Translations under genes and position numbers: made by a program | The notes under the pieces: generated by a model | Databases searched by the model: none | Seen by the model: the letters and a program-made list of their open reading frames with translations, nothing else | Told to the model about the DNA's origin: nothing | Shown here: in pieces, positions 1 to 8,722 of the stretch | How the letters are laid out: every line of letters starts with the position of its first letter | How positions within the stretch are numbered: position 1 is the stretch's first letter | NCBI GenBank assembly: GCA_043745805.1 | Contig: JAYTSD010000020.1 | Location: forward strand, 128,001 to 192,000 | From: Fibrobacteria bacterium | Lineage (GTDB): Bacteria > Fibrobacterota > Fibrobacteria > UBA11236 | Direction of reading: 5' to 3' | Length of the DNA: 64,000 nucleotides

Positions 1-825
1 CACCATAAAATCCATGACATTACTCGCTCTTTTTTCCGAAAGCTTATGATTATATTCTTCCGAACCTTGATTATCGGTATGCCCTTCTACTATGACATTA
101 GCATCTTTATAAATGGTAAGAATACCCGAAATTTTTGCCAAATTGGTTTTGAGATCCGCAGTTAATGAGGCTTTACCTACATCAAAAAGGATATCGGACA
201 TGGAGATAATGGTTCCGCGCGCATCTTTGCGTACTTGAATTAAAGCACTATTCAATTCATTAAAACGCTTTTCGGCATCTTCTTGACGTTCTCTTAATTT
301 GCGTTTTTGTTCTTCTAAATCGGATCGCATAGCGGAAAAATCCGAACGTAAGGCGGAAGCATTACCTTGCTCCACTTTAATGATTTCTTCATTCACTGCA
401 TTAATATCATTGAGCGCCTTAGCTCTATCGACATGCAGTTGTGCAATTTGTCGGCGTAATTGAGTCGTGGCTATTTGGGTAAGCGCCGCTTCAGTTAGTA
501 GCGTACACGTTTTAAGCCATTGTTCGCGTTCGTCACTTTTAGGATCAAGTTTTAGAATGCTATGCGCTTCTTGCAAACGTGCTTTCGCGGCAAAGTATAA
601 ATCCACCTCTTCCACATTACCCTGCAAACCGCTCATAGCCTTATCCAAGCTGCTTTCGAGTTCGCCAAAAGTTTTGGGAGTCGCAGTAGGCAAAGGAGCA
701 ATAGTATTTATAGTAATAGAAGCGTGAGTGGAATCTTTATTCTTTTCAAGTAATGATTTAGCGGGAGGTAATTGCGTTATGGCAAAGGCCGAGCTAGCGA
801 GTAGGGATAAAATTAAAGCGCGCAT
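1..825 (-). CDS. OmpA-family protein with N-terminal coiled coil (3' end runs off the window)
   Basis: Not in ORF track. Manual translation: MRALILSLLASSAFA signal peptide ... SDILFDVGKASL ... VEGHTDNQGSEEYNHKLSEKRA (OmpA C-terminal motif). The ATG overlaps the upstream stop (TAATG). Confidence 0.9.
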   Translation of the reverse strand, partial: MRALILSLLASSAFAITQLPPAKSLLEKNKDSTHASITINTIAPLPTATPKTFGELESSLDKAMSGLQGNVEEVDLYFAAKARLQEAHSILKLDPKSDEREQWLKTCTLLTEAALTQIATTQLRRQIAQLHVDRAKALNDINAVNEEIIKVEQGNASALRSDFSAMRSDLEEQKRKLRERQEDAEKRFNELNSALIQVRKDARGTIISMSDILFDVGKASLTADLKTNLAKISGILTIYKDANVIVEGHTDNQGSEEYNHKLSEKRASNVMDFMV

Positions 826-1226
826 TAGGGTTTCCTCTTGGCTTTCATTTCATTTAAAATTTCGGAATAGGTGCTGAGTCTATCTTGCTCTAAAGCCAAA
901 GCGGATTTAAGTGATTCTGCAAGTTTTTTTTGATCGGCATATTCTTTTTGGGCAATTGCTTGACGAAAATAAATGCTGGCTAAGTCGGCTTGGTCACTGG
1001 CAACATCAATTTCTTCAGCCTTATAATTCTTTTGCGCTAAACCCATTAAAGAATCCCCTTTAATGGTTTCGGGTGATTTTAAACCGGCTTTTTGGCAATA
1101 CTCTTGCAAAGTTTGTGAGGCGAAATGATTTTGTCGGCCTAGGAAAACTTTATGGACAGAGCAAGCACTAAAAAAATAGAGAGTGCATAAGGCTGTTAAA
1201 CTCATAAAAAATAATCGGAGGAACAT
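825..1226 (-). CDS. Helical lipoprotein (DUF4398-like), partner of the OmpA gene
   Basis: Lipobox FSAC, helical body, translationally coupled to the OmpA gene. Confidence 0.65.
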   Translation of the reverse strand: MFLRLFFMSLTALCTLYFFSACSVHKVFLGRQNHFASQTLQEYCQKAGLKSPETIKGDSLMGLAQKNYKAEEIDVASDQADLASIYFRQAIAQKEYADQKKLAESLKSALALEQDRLSTYSEILNEMKAKRKP

Positions 1227-1321
1227 ACTTTCCTTTCTTTGAAACTGAAAATAAAACTTAAAAAAATGTGAATTAATTTGTGGATCGATTGTAAGAAGGC
1301 TAATTCAATAAATTAAAGGAT

Positions 1322-2242
1322 TTATTTGTGATGTCCTTCATGCGATTTTTCTTCTGATGGTGCAGGCTCTGAGCTTTCTTCATTAAGCACATCAATGGGT
1401 TTAACCATATCAGGCAATGCACTATGCCCTGAGGGACTTTCCTCAGTATTTGAAGGGTGATGCTCTTCCATAACTTTGGGCTCCGACCTTTCGGCTGAGG
1501 CCGACAATATCACAATATCTACGCGCCGATTACGCGCTCTTCCAGCAGGGGTGGTATTTTCTGAAATGGGTCTAAATTCCCCATAGCCCACGGCGGATAT
1601 TTTATCGGGAGCAATCCCATAATGATTGACCAAGGTTTGCAAAACATTAGTGGCTCTTGCGGTAGACAATTCCCAATTGGTGGGATAAGTGCGTGAGCTC
1701 ATGGGGGTATTATCGGTGTGACCCTCCACGCGTAGAGGATTTCGAAACTTGGCAAATTGTGCGCCTAATTCTTGAAATATTTTTTTGGATTCTTCTTTGA
1801 CCTCGGCTCGTCCACTTTCAAATAATCCGGATTCCTTCATACTAATAACTAGGCCGCGTTCTTGCGACTCCACCTGTACCTTATCAAATTTATTTTGTGT
1901 CATTAAAAATTCTTCAATCGCATGTTTCATGCTTTCTAAATCAGAACGTGTCGCTTGCGTAACCGATCGGGCGGCTTGCTCATCACTTTTTTCCGGCGCA
2001 TCAGGATGCCCTTTGGTATCGTACTTTTTAGGTTTCATCCCATCCATTTTCACGAGGGAATTTTGCGGGGTACCAAAGACGATACGCATAGATTCCGCCG
2101 CCGATTTAGCTTTGTCAGCATCGGATCGACCTAAAGCATATAAGGCTGTAAAGGTGGCAAATAATAAAGTGATAAAATCAGCATAAGACACTAACCAGCG
2201 TTCATGATTAACATGTTCTTCGTGATGCGCTTTACGAGCCAA
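1322..2242 (-). CDS. motB: Stator protein MotB
   Basis: ERWLVSYADFITLL TM motif with the conserved Asp; OmpA-like VEGHTDN, NWELSTARA, RNRRVDI. Confidence 0.93.
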   Translation of the reverse strand: MARKAHHEEHVNHERWLVSYADFITLLFATFTALYALGRSDADKAKSAAESMRIVFGTPQNSLVKMDGMKPKKYDTKGHPDAPEKSDEQAARSVTQATRSDLESMKHAIEEFLMTQNKFDKVQVESQERGLVISMKESGLFESGRAEVKEESKKIFQELGAQFAKFRNPLRVEGHTDNTPMSSRTYPTNWELSTARATNVLQTLVNHYGIAPDKISAVGYGEFRPISENTTPAGRARNRRVDIVILSASAERSEPKVMEEHHPSNTEESPSGHSALPDMVKPIDVLNEESSEPAPSEEKSHEGHHK

Positions 2243-2260
2243 AATTAAAACCCTTCAAAA

Positions 2261-3022
2261 TCAATGTGCCTCTCTATGCCCTTCGGGTAAAAAGGCTTTT
2301 AAACGTTGGCCCAAGAAATGAGGATTCTCACCATTTTGTAGTGCTACCAAACCCGCTAAGATTAATTCTTTTTCATGACCCATTTGTTTAGCGCGTACTT
2401 TCATTTTATTCGCCAAAGGCAAAGCAATAATATTGGCAATCACTAAGCCATAAATAGTAGCCACAAAAGCTACCGCAATACCCCCACCCAATTTGGAGGG
2501 ATCATCTAAGTTTTCCATAACGTGAATAAGTCCAAGCACTGCACCAATAATACCCACCGTAGGCGCATAACCGCCCATGGCTTCAATAACCGGAATACAT
2601 ATTTTGCATTCGTCTTCAAAAGTGGTGAGTTCGGTTTCCATAATGCTCAGTAACACTGCGGGATCAATACCATCGACAATTAAGGTTAAGCCTTTGCGGG
2701 TAAAAGGATCAGGATGTGCTTTGGCTTTGGTTTCTAAAGCCATGATTCCATTTTTACGCGCGAACTGACAAAGTTCGGTAAGCTCATTAATAATTTTAGC
2801 ATGATCCGATTTAGGGGGAGAGAGTGCCACTTTTAAACTCTTGAGCGCGGTTACTAAATGATCCATGGGGAATCCAGCCATGGTAGCACCCAAGGCACCC
2901 CCCACCACAATTATAAAAGCTGTCGGTTGTACTAAAGCCTCAACATGTCCGCCTTCGAGAATTAATCCCAAGAGAATCATTCCGATGCCGAAGCCTGGTC
3001 CGCCTAGTGTGGTTATATCCAC
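2261..3022 (-). CDS. motA: Stator protein MotA
   Basis: ARKNGIMALE, GGYAPTVGIIGAVLGLI, AFVATIYG motifs; adjacent to motB. Confidence 0.93.
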   Translation of the reverse strand: MDITTLGGPGFGIGMILLGLILEGGHVEALVQPTAFIIVVGGALGATMAGFPMDHLVTALKSLKVALSPPKSDHAKIINELTELCQFARKNGIMALETKAKAHPDPFTRKGLTLIVDGIDPAVLLSIMETELTTFEDECKICIPVIEAMGGYAPTVGIIGAVLGLIHVMENLDDPSKLGGGIAVAFVATIYGLVIANIIALPLANKMKVRAKQMGHEKELILAGLVALQNGENPHFLGQRLKAFLPEGHREAH

Positions 3023-3180
3023 GGTATAAATCCTTGAAAAGGTGAGCTGTATCCGAATTCATTATTGCACGTTTATGTACAAACGACAATAGCGGCAAGG
3101 GTTATAATGCTTAAGTAAAACTTAAAGTAAAGTTGAAGTAGGGATTTATTAGTAGGAAACACGATACCCAAACGGCGAGT

Positions 3181-3207
3181 TAGGGGTGTATCGCTATATG
3201 CCCCTAC
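3181..3207 (-). repeat. GTAG-type REP-like hairpin
   Basis: Minus strand GTAGGGGCATAT-AGCG-ATACACCCCTA, just downstream of the pit stop. Confidence 0.6.
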
Positions 3208-3218
3208 TTGCAAAAAAA

Positions 3219-4211
3219 TTAAGTCAAATGCTTTAAAGTAAAAGCGACCAGCCCCGCTATTGCGGCGGTAGCAGGAATAGTTAAAATCCAAGCAATCATC
3301 ATTTGTCCTGCAACGCCCCAATTTACAGCCTTTAAGCGTTTAGAAGCGCCTACTCCCATGATGGAACTAGAAATCACATGAGTAGTAGAAACGGGTGTGC
3401 CTAAATGACTCGCGGTTAAGATTACAATGGCAGCACTGGCTTCCGCGGCAAAACCATTGACAGGTGCAAGCTTAATCATTTTTACACCCATGGTTTTAAT
3501 AATACGCCAGCCACCTGCTGCAGTACCTAGCGCCATGGTGGACGCACATAAAAAAATCACCCAATTAGGAATATAAAAACTGGAAATATACCCCATGCCA
3601 AAAAGGGCTAGGGCAATAATACCCATAGACTTTTGGGCATCATTAGAACCGTGACTAATTGCCATAAAGGCAGCAGAAACAATTTGTAAATATTTAAACC
3701 AACGATTGACTTTGCCAGCCGGACTTTTATGGAACATCCACATAATAATAATCATGATTACAAATCCACCGAGCAAACCACATAAGGGGGAAATAATTAA
3801 GCCTTTTACAATTTTCCATAAGCCTAAAGCATTGATGGCTTGAACGCCATGTGTAGTCACCACTGCGCCAATAAGCCCACCAATTAAAGCATGGGAGGAA
3901 CTAGAAGGAATGCCATAATACCAAGTGAGTAAATTCCAGCAAATAGCGCCTACAAGGGCGGAAGCGACAATGATATTAGTCACCATGGAGGGATCCACAA
4001 TACCTTTACCAATGGTTTTAGCTACGGCAGTACTTAACCAAGCACCTAAAAAATTTAAGATGGCCGACATAATCAAGGCATGCTTGGGAGACAGCACACG
4101 CGTGGAAACCACAGTAGCTATGGCATTCGCCGCATCATGCATACCATTGATATAATCGAAGGCCAAGGCCAAACCGATTAGTACCAGTAGAATGATAAAG
4201 GTACTATCCAT
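3219..4211 (-). CDS. pit: PiT-family inorganic phosphate transporter
   Basis: NGMHDAANAIAT and HGSNDAQK signatures, PSSSSHAL, PVSTTH. Confidence 0.95.
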   Translation of the reverse strand: MDSTFIILLVLIGLALAFDYINGMHDAANAIATVVSTRVLSPKHALIMSAILNFLGAWLSTAVAKTIGKGIVDPSMVTNIIVASALVGAICWNLLTWYYGIPSSSSHALIGGLIGAVVTTHGVQAINALGLWKIVKGLIISPLCGLLGGFVIMIIIMWMFHKSPAGKVNRWFKYLQIVSAAFMAISHGSNDAQKSMGIIALALFGMGYISSFYIPNWVIFLCASTMALGTAAGGWRIIKTMGVKMIKLAPVNGFAAEASAAIVILTASHLGTPVSTTHVISSSIMGVGASKRLKAVNWGVAGQMMIAWILTIPATAAIAGLVAFTLKHLT

Positions 4212-4827
4212 GTTTGAGAACTATCCCTTCGATAATGCCAGCTACATGTTCACATTTGTCGGTAGCGGTTTCGAGATAATCATAAATGTCGCGCCACTTC
4301 ATCACTTCCAAAGGATTCTTTTCGCCTTTAAACAATGCAGCCACCGCTTCGCGCGAAATTTTATCGCCCAAGTTTTCCAAACGATTAATTTCCACACAAT
4401 GGGGAATGATTTTTTCGTATTTAAAATCTTTTATTACCGGAATTACTTTATTGATTTCTTCTACTTGCTTCACGAGCACTTCGATGAGACCTTTCATCGG
4501 TGGTGTGATTTCATTTAGATCATAAAGCATCATGCGTTCGGTAACCGCTTCCATGTAATCCATACAATCATCTAAGCCTAAAGCCAGTTGATGAATATCT
4601 TCACGGTCAATTGGCGTGATAAAGCTTTTGTCGAGGCGAATTAAAACCTCATGTGTTAATACATCGGCATCATGTTCAAAGCGTTCGAGCTTGGAGGCGG
4701 CACTTTTAATATTTTCGGGATGATCCACCATATCTTGCAAAGCATTGGCCGCTTGTTGTAATACATCCGCGGTTTTCTTAAACATGTCGAAGAACTTCTC
4801 GTCGCGAGGGATTAATTTTCTAAACAT
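4204..4827 (-). CDS. DUF47 (PhoU-like) PiT accessory protein
   Basis: EHDAD, FITPIDREDI, LENLGD motifs; directly upstream of pit. Confidence 0.92.
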   Translation of the reverse strand: MFRKLIPRDEKFFDMFKKTADVLQQAANALQDMVDHPENIKSAASKLERFEHDADVLTHEVLIRLDKSFITPIDREDIHQLALGLDDCMDYMEAVTERMMLYDLNEITPPMKGLIEVLVKQVEEINKVIPVIKDFKYEKIIPHCVEINRLENLGDKISREAVAALFKGEKNPLEVMKWRDIYDYLETATDKCEHVAGIIEGIVLKHG

Positions 4828-5039
4828 ATTTCAATCCTGTTTCAAACGCGTTAAAGTTAATAAACCATTTCCAACTATGGGACGGTAGGGGAAAAGGGAT
4901 TAATTTGTTAAAAAAAGGCGGTTGTTTTTGAAATTGGTTTTTAAAATGTTGGCTTGCCGTGATTGGTTATGGATGTGGATGTTAAAAACGTATGGGCCGA
5001 TCATGTTGGCCATTTATCGATCGAAAATCATATCGAACA

Positions 5040-5211
5040 TATGTCCATGTATACCATGTAGGCATTGATTTTGTATCGGATGGCCACGTAGTAGGGGCTG
5101 AAGATTTTCAGCCCCTACTACAAAATAATCCCCTACAAAATTCCCCATACATTTTCAAAACAAACGTTTTCAACCCCACGCCGTCCGTCAATTCAATAAT
5201 TCCATGCACAT
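5040..5211 (-). pseudogene. Internal fragment of a second RAYT copy (HUH region plus REP-bearing insert)
   Basis: 5190-5211 is identical to 5491-5512 (22 bp, VHGIIEL); ~5045-5118 is homologous to ~5675-5744. Confidence 0.7.
5088..5121. repeat. GTAG-type REP hairpin (family A)
   Basis: Perfect 15-bp stem gtagtaggggctgaa/ttcagcccctactac with a 4-nt loop. Confidence 0.85.
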
Positions 5212-5918
5212 TATTTATAAAATTTGCCCTCATTCCATTTTGCAGGATTACTACGGATGTAATTCGAAATGCTTTGATACGATTCTTCGTCGCGGATAAT
5301 GCGTTCATGAAAATTGCGCTGCCATACGATTTGGGTATCGGTATTGTTGCGGAACCATTTAGTGACACCCGTTTTATATCCGCGAATAATTGCACCAATG
5401 GAACGGGGTATTACTTTTTGATATTTATTTTGGTTCGCGATATTGAACGGTAAACGTGGGTTTTGAATTCTGTCATCGATGTCATTTATTAATTCAATAA
5501 TTCCATGCACATGATTTGGCATTATGACATGTTCATGTAAAATCACATTGGGAAAATGTTTTGGTATTTCCGCCCAACATTCATCGGCAATTTTTCCGGC
5601 ATCGTTTAATACCATAATTGGTTTTAATTTGTTTGGTACATGATGTGTCGGTTGAACATGTAAATCATGTGAACCATGTATGCCGTGTTGGGTTTGATTT
5701 CGCATTGGATGTTCAAGTAGGGGCTGAAGATTTTCAGCCCCTACAAAATCGACCCCCGAAATTTCAACACCAACATATTCGGGCGATGTAATTTCACCAA
5801 ACAAACGCATTTTGTTATGGCAACAAATGGTAATGAAATACAAACCGGCCCGTGAATAATTGTATCCTTGTAATCGAATGGATTGGCGATGGTGGATATT
5901 AGCGTTGTGTTTATTCAT
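5211..5918 (-). mobile_element. REP-associated tyrosine transposase (RAYT, IS200/IS605 Y1 superfamily)
   Basis: HHRQSIRLQGYNYS..YFITIC, MPNHVHGII (HUH), WQRNFHERIIR..YIRSNPAKW; flanking REPs; likely start ATG 5918. Confidence 0.9.
5717..5744. repeat. Family A REP inside the RAYT coding sequence
   Basis: gtaggggctgaagattttcagcccctac, identical to 5091-5118; read as VGAENLQPL. Confidence 0.85.
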
Positions 5919-5939
5919 TTTGAGGGTATCGTAGTACAA

Positions 5940-6113
5940 TCAAGTTTTTATCGTTTCACTTAATTTTTCTCCGATATTATTATCACGACTATTCTCCTCT
6001 CCGTGTATATCCGTTAAATAGGTTCGAATCATTGGAATTAATTCCATTCCAGTTGGGAAACCATATTCCTTGCTTGCACCTGCACCAATTACAAAAACAA
6101 TATTATTAGCCAT
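5940..6113 (-). pseudogene. Truncated SIR2-like protein (57 aa)
   Basis: Below ORF-track cutoff. MANNIVFVIGAGASKEYGFPTG matches the N-terminal GAGAS motif of SIR2-family proteins; ends at the RAYT boundary. Confidence 0.65.
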
Positions 6114-6149
6114 TATCTACCTGAAATTAAATCGTTACATCCATCTCAT

Positions 6150-6371
6150 TCACCCCCTCGGCGGCCTACAAACTTTACAAGGCACCCCACCTTGCTTCAT
6201 CGCATCTTCCAACTTCATCTCCACACAATGCACCGTGCATTTCTTCGCCCACTTACAAGATGTATAGTGATACTTTTTAGTTTGCTGATTAAACGCTACA
6301 ACGAGATTTGAAGACGATAATGAAAAAGAAAAAAGAATACCTAAAGAAACAAAAAGTCGTATCGTTTGCAT
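6150..6371 (-). CDS. Small secreted Cys-rich protein with an Ada-like metal-binding domain
   Basis: Signal peptide; KYHYTSC...A...G..PCKVCRP pattern. Confidence 0.65.
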   Translation of the reverse strand: MQTIRLFVSLGILFSFSLSSSNLVVAFNQQTKKYHYTSCKWAKKCTVHCVEMKLEDAMKQGGVPCKVCRPPRG

Positions 6372-6450
6372 GATACCTCATTTCTGTGCGGTTTGTCGTT
6401 TTTAGTCTTTCCGCGTTCCCAAGTGTTAATCAAAGCTTATTAAATAACCC

Positions 6451-7827
6451 TTATGCTGGAAAGTTCGGTTTCGAAATCGTCACCTCCCAATGACCCTCTT
6501 TTCTTCCTCCTGCGCGACGGAGAAAACCATCGTGTTGTAATTTCTGAATATTTCTTTGTATGGATCGCTCCGTAACAGATATTTTTAAAGCCAACTCTGG
6601 TATGGTTATATCAGGATTCTCTAAACAGGCACTCAGAATTTTAGATGACGTTATCCCGACGCTTTCCCGACGCTTTCCCGACGTTATCCCGACATTGTCA
6701 GCAACCTCGTTCAAAATAGGGTGAGCAAAGAGAGTCATAGTAACACCGCCGTTAATCTCGGAGAATTCTGGTTCTGGTAAGCCGGCTTCTTTACAGGAAT
6801 TGATAATTTTCAATGTTCCGCGTCCCCAAGTATCAATATATCCCCCTAAAAAGCAGGCATTGGCCAATATGGGATTGCGGGGGCGTGAATTATGTTCTTT
6901 TTTTAGATCTTCAAGGCTCAAACCGTTGGGAAGAGTGCCTTCATTCCAAATGGAAAGTTTGTCGTCATATACGCGCATCTGAATGGTCGCGCCCATATTG
7001 TAAGTACGATGAACCAGTGCATTCAAAAGTATTTCTCTTAGTGCTGCAATGGGATATAGGTCATTTTCCAATCGTTGAAAGCCTTTAAAAGTTACTGGGC
7101 GTGTCAGGAATTTATAATTAAGCTGAACCTGAACTTCATGGAGCATCTGAACCAAATTACCTTCTACAATTTCTTGAAACCGCAAGTCTGCCGCATCTAT
7201 GCCAAAGCGGCCAATTTTTATCTGTACATTGGGATAAAATTGCAGTGGATTTTTACCGAACAAGATAATGGCAGCTTTTTTAAGTTTTTTTCCATTTGTC
7301 AGATTCAGTTTTTCCAGAATCTGAAAGGTGTTTAATCCTTTTGTTTCGGGTAGCCGTCCTTTATCTTTACTGTCTTCAATGAATTTGGTAATACTTTTTT
7401 CATCGATGTCTTTTACCGTTGCACCATCTTCAATCATATCATCCCAAGTTTTTCCCGCTTTTTTAATGAGAAATTCATTAAGCTCCACACCGGTAAGTTC
7501 TAATTTGGTGCTGCCAGATCGATAATAAAATCTGCCTCGCAAAGAAACCGGTACGGAATAGGGATTCACTTTTATGGAAATAAATTTTTTGTCATTTTTT
7601 CCGTGGAGCTGTACGTCGCAAATGATCCCCATAGCATTGCGGATTTTATTGGGTAGGTCTTCCATCAGTTTAGCGTAATCGAGCAATCCAATTACTTTCC
7701 CATTATCATCCTTACCAACATAAATCATTCCGCCGATGGCATTGGCAAAGCCGCAAATCCATTTAAGGTAGTCGTCCTGCCAAGAAGATTTGAATTCAGT
7801 GTTTTGGGATTCGGGCATTTTTTTCAT
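6451..7827 (-). CDS. AlbA_2 (Schlafen-like) + HATPase_c_4 (RecG C-terminal-like) + wHTH protein
   Basis: ESQNTEFKSSW, ICGFANAIGG, REILLNALVHR, SRPRNP, C-terminal HTH ending GHWEV. Confidence 0.88.
   Translation of the reverse strand: MKKMPESQNTEFKSSWQDDYLKWICGFANAIGGMIYVGKDDNGKVIGLLDYAKLMEDLPNKIRNAMGIICDVQLHGKNDKKFISIKVNPYSVPVSLRGRFYYRSGSTKLELTGVELNEFLIKKAGKTWDDMIEDGATVKDIDEKSITKFIEDSKDKGRLPETKGLNTFQILEKLNLTNGKKLKKAAIILFGKNPLQFYPNVQIKIGRFGIDAADLRFQEIVEGNLVQMLHEVQVQLNYKFLTRPVTFKGFQRLENDLYPIAALREILLNALVHRTYNMGATIQMRVYDDKLSIWNEGTLPNGLSLEDLKKEHNSRPRNPILANACFLGGYIDTWGRGTLKIINSCKEAGLPEPEFSEINGGVTMTLFAHPILNEVADNVGITSGKRRESVGITSSKILSACLENPDITIPELALKISVTERSIQRNIQKLQHDGFLRRAGGRKEGHWEVTISKPNFPA
6647..6693. 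repeat. 11-bp tandem repeat, 4 units plus a partial
   Basis: gacgttatccc gacgctttccc gacgctttccc gacgttatccc gac. Confidence 0.85.
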
Positions 7828-7888
7828 TATTTATAAAATTTATCTTCATTCCATTTTGCGAGACTACTGATAAAATGTAATTTGAAAT
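7827..7888 (-). pseudogene. 3'-terminal remnant of a third RAYT copy
   Basis: Aligns with ~5211-5270 (AKWNEDKFYK* versus AKWNEGKFYK*). Confidence 0.75.
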
Positions 7889-7939
7889 CCCATTCCCTAG
7901 GTGTGCAGTATCCCCCGTCTTTGCTACTTTGTTCCCCGT

Positions 7940-8608
7940 ATGAAAAGTAAATTGCTACGAATCGGTGCCTTAATTTTGGCGGTAATTGCCCTCAATTACT
8001 TTTTGCCTTTGCGCGTCATTTTGCTGAATAGTATTGATTGGTTTCATCAAGCCGGGTTTATTGGGGTTTTGGTTTTTGCTTTGGTGTTTATTTCTGCCTC
8101 GCTATTCTTTATGCCGGTAGGCCCATTAATGTTGGTGGCGGGAATCGTTTATGGAGTTATCAATGGCTACATACTGGTGGCAATTTCTTCTTTAATCGCT
8201 ATTAGCTTGGCCTATTTTATCGGGAAAAAATTCCTGCAAGCAAGAGTGGAGCGTTATCGTTTAGCTTATCCGCGCTTTGAACAATTCCATCGTGCGGTGT
8301 CGCATAAAGGCCCTTTGCTGGTTTTTCTCATTCGCTTAAATCCTTTTTTCCCTTTTTCATTACTTAATTATCTCTTTACAATACCGCATTTAAATTTTTT
8401 CAGTTATCTCCTCAGCTCTTGTTTGGGAATGGCTCCGGATATTTTATTGTATCTCTATGTGGGACGTCTCGGTGCCGATGTATTACAGGGCCATGCGCAT
8501 TTTAGCGGATGGAATATTCTCTTTATAGTGGTGGCGCTTATCGCTACCGGAGTAGCCGCTTATATCATTAATAATTTGGTAAAAAAAGCGGCCCAAGAAC
8601 CCGCATAA
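7940..8608 (+). CDS. TVP38/TMEM64 (DedA superfamily) membrane protein
   Basis: LIRLNPFFPFSLLNY motif, multiple TM segments. Confidence 0.88.
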   Translation: MKSKLLRIGALILAVIALNYFLPLRVILLNSIDWFHQAGFIGVLVFALVFISASLFFMPVGPLMLVAGIVYGVINGYILVAISSLIAISLAYFIGKKFLQARVERYRLAYPRFEQFHRAVSHKGPLLVFLIRLNPFFPFSLLNYLFTIPHLNFFSYLLSSCLGMAPDILLYLYVGRLGADVLQGHAHFSGWNILFIVVALIATGVAAYIINNLVKKAAQEPA

Positions 8609-8722
8609 TTAAACCCAATCAACTCACTTTTTCCTAAAAAAATCTTACTTTTCCGCCATCTTTTCGCATTGGCATCGGTATATTAAAAGGCATGCCACAC
8701 AGGCAACTCTTATGAGGTTCAT

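Noticed and set aside
1322-3022. Zorya ZorA/ZorB defence system
   Set aside because: MotA is of canonical length with no long cytoplasmic tail, and no ZorC/D/E genes are adjacent.
5940-7888. Integron cassette array
   Set aside because: No attC-like RYYYAAC...GTTRRRY palindromes and no integron integrase.
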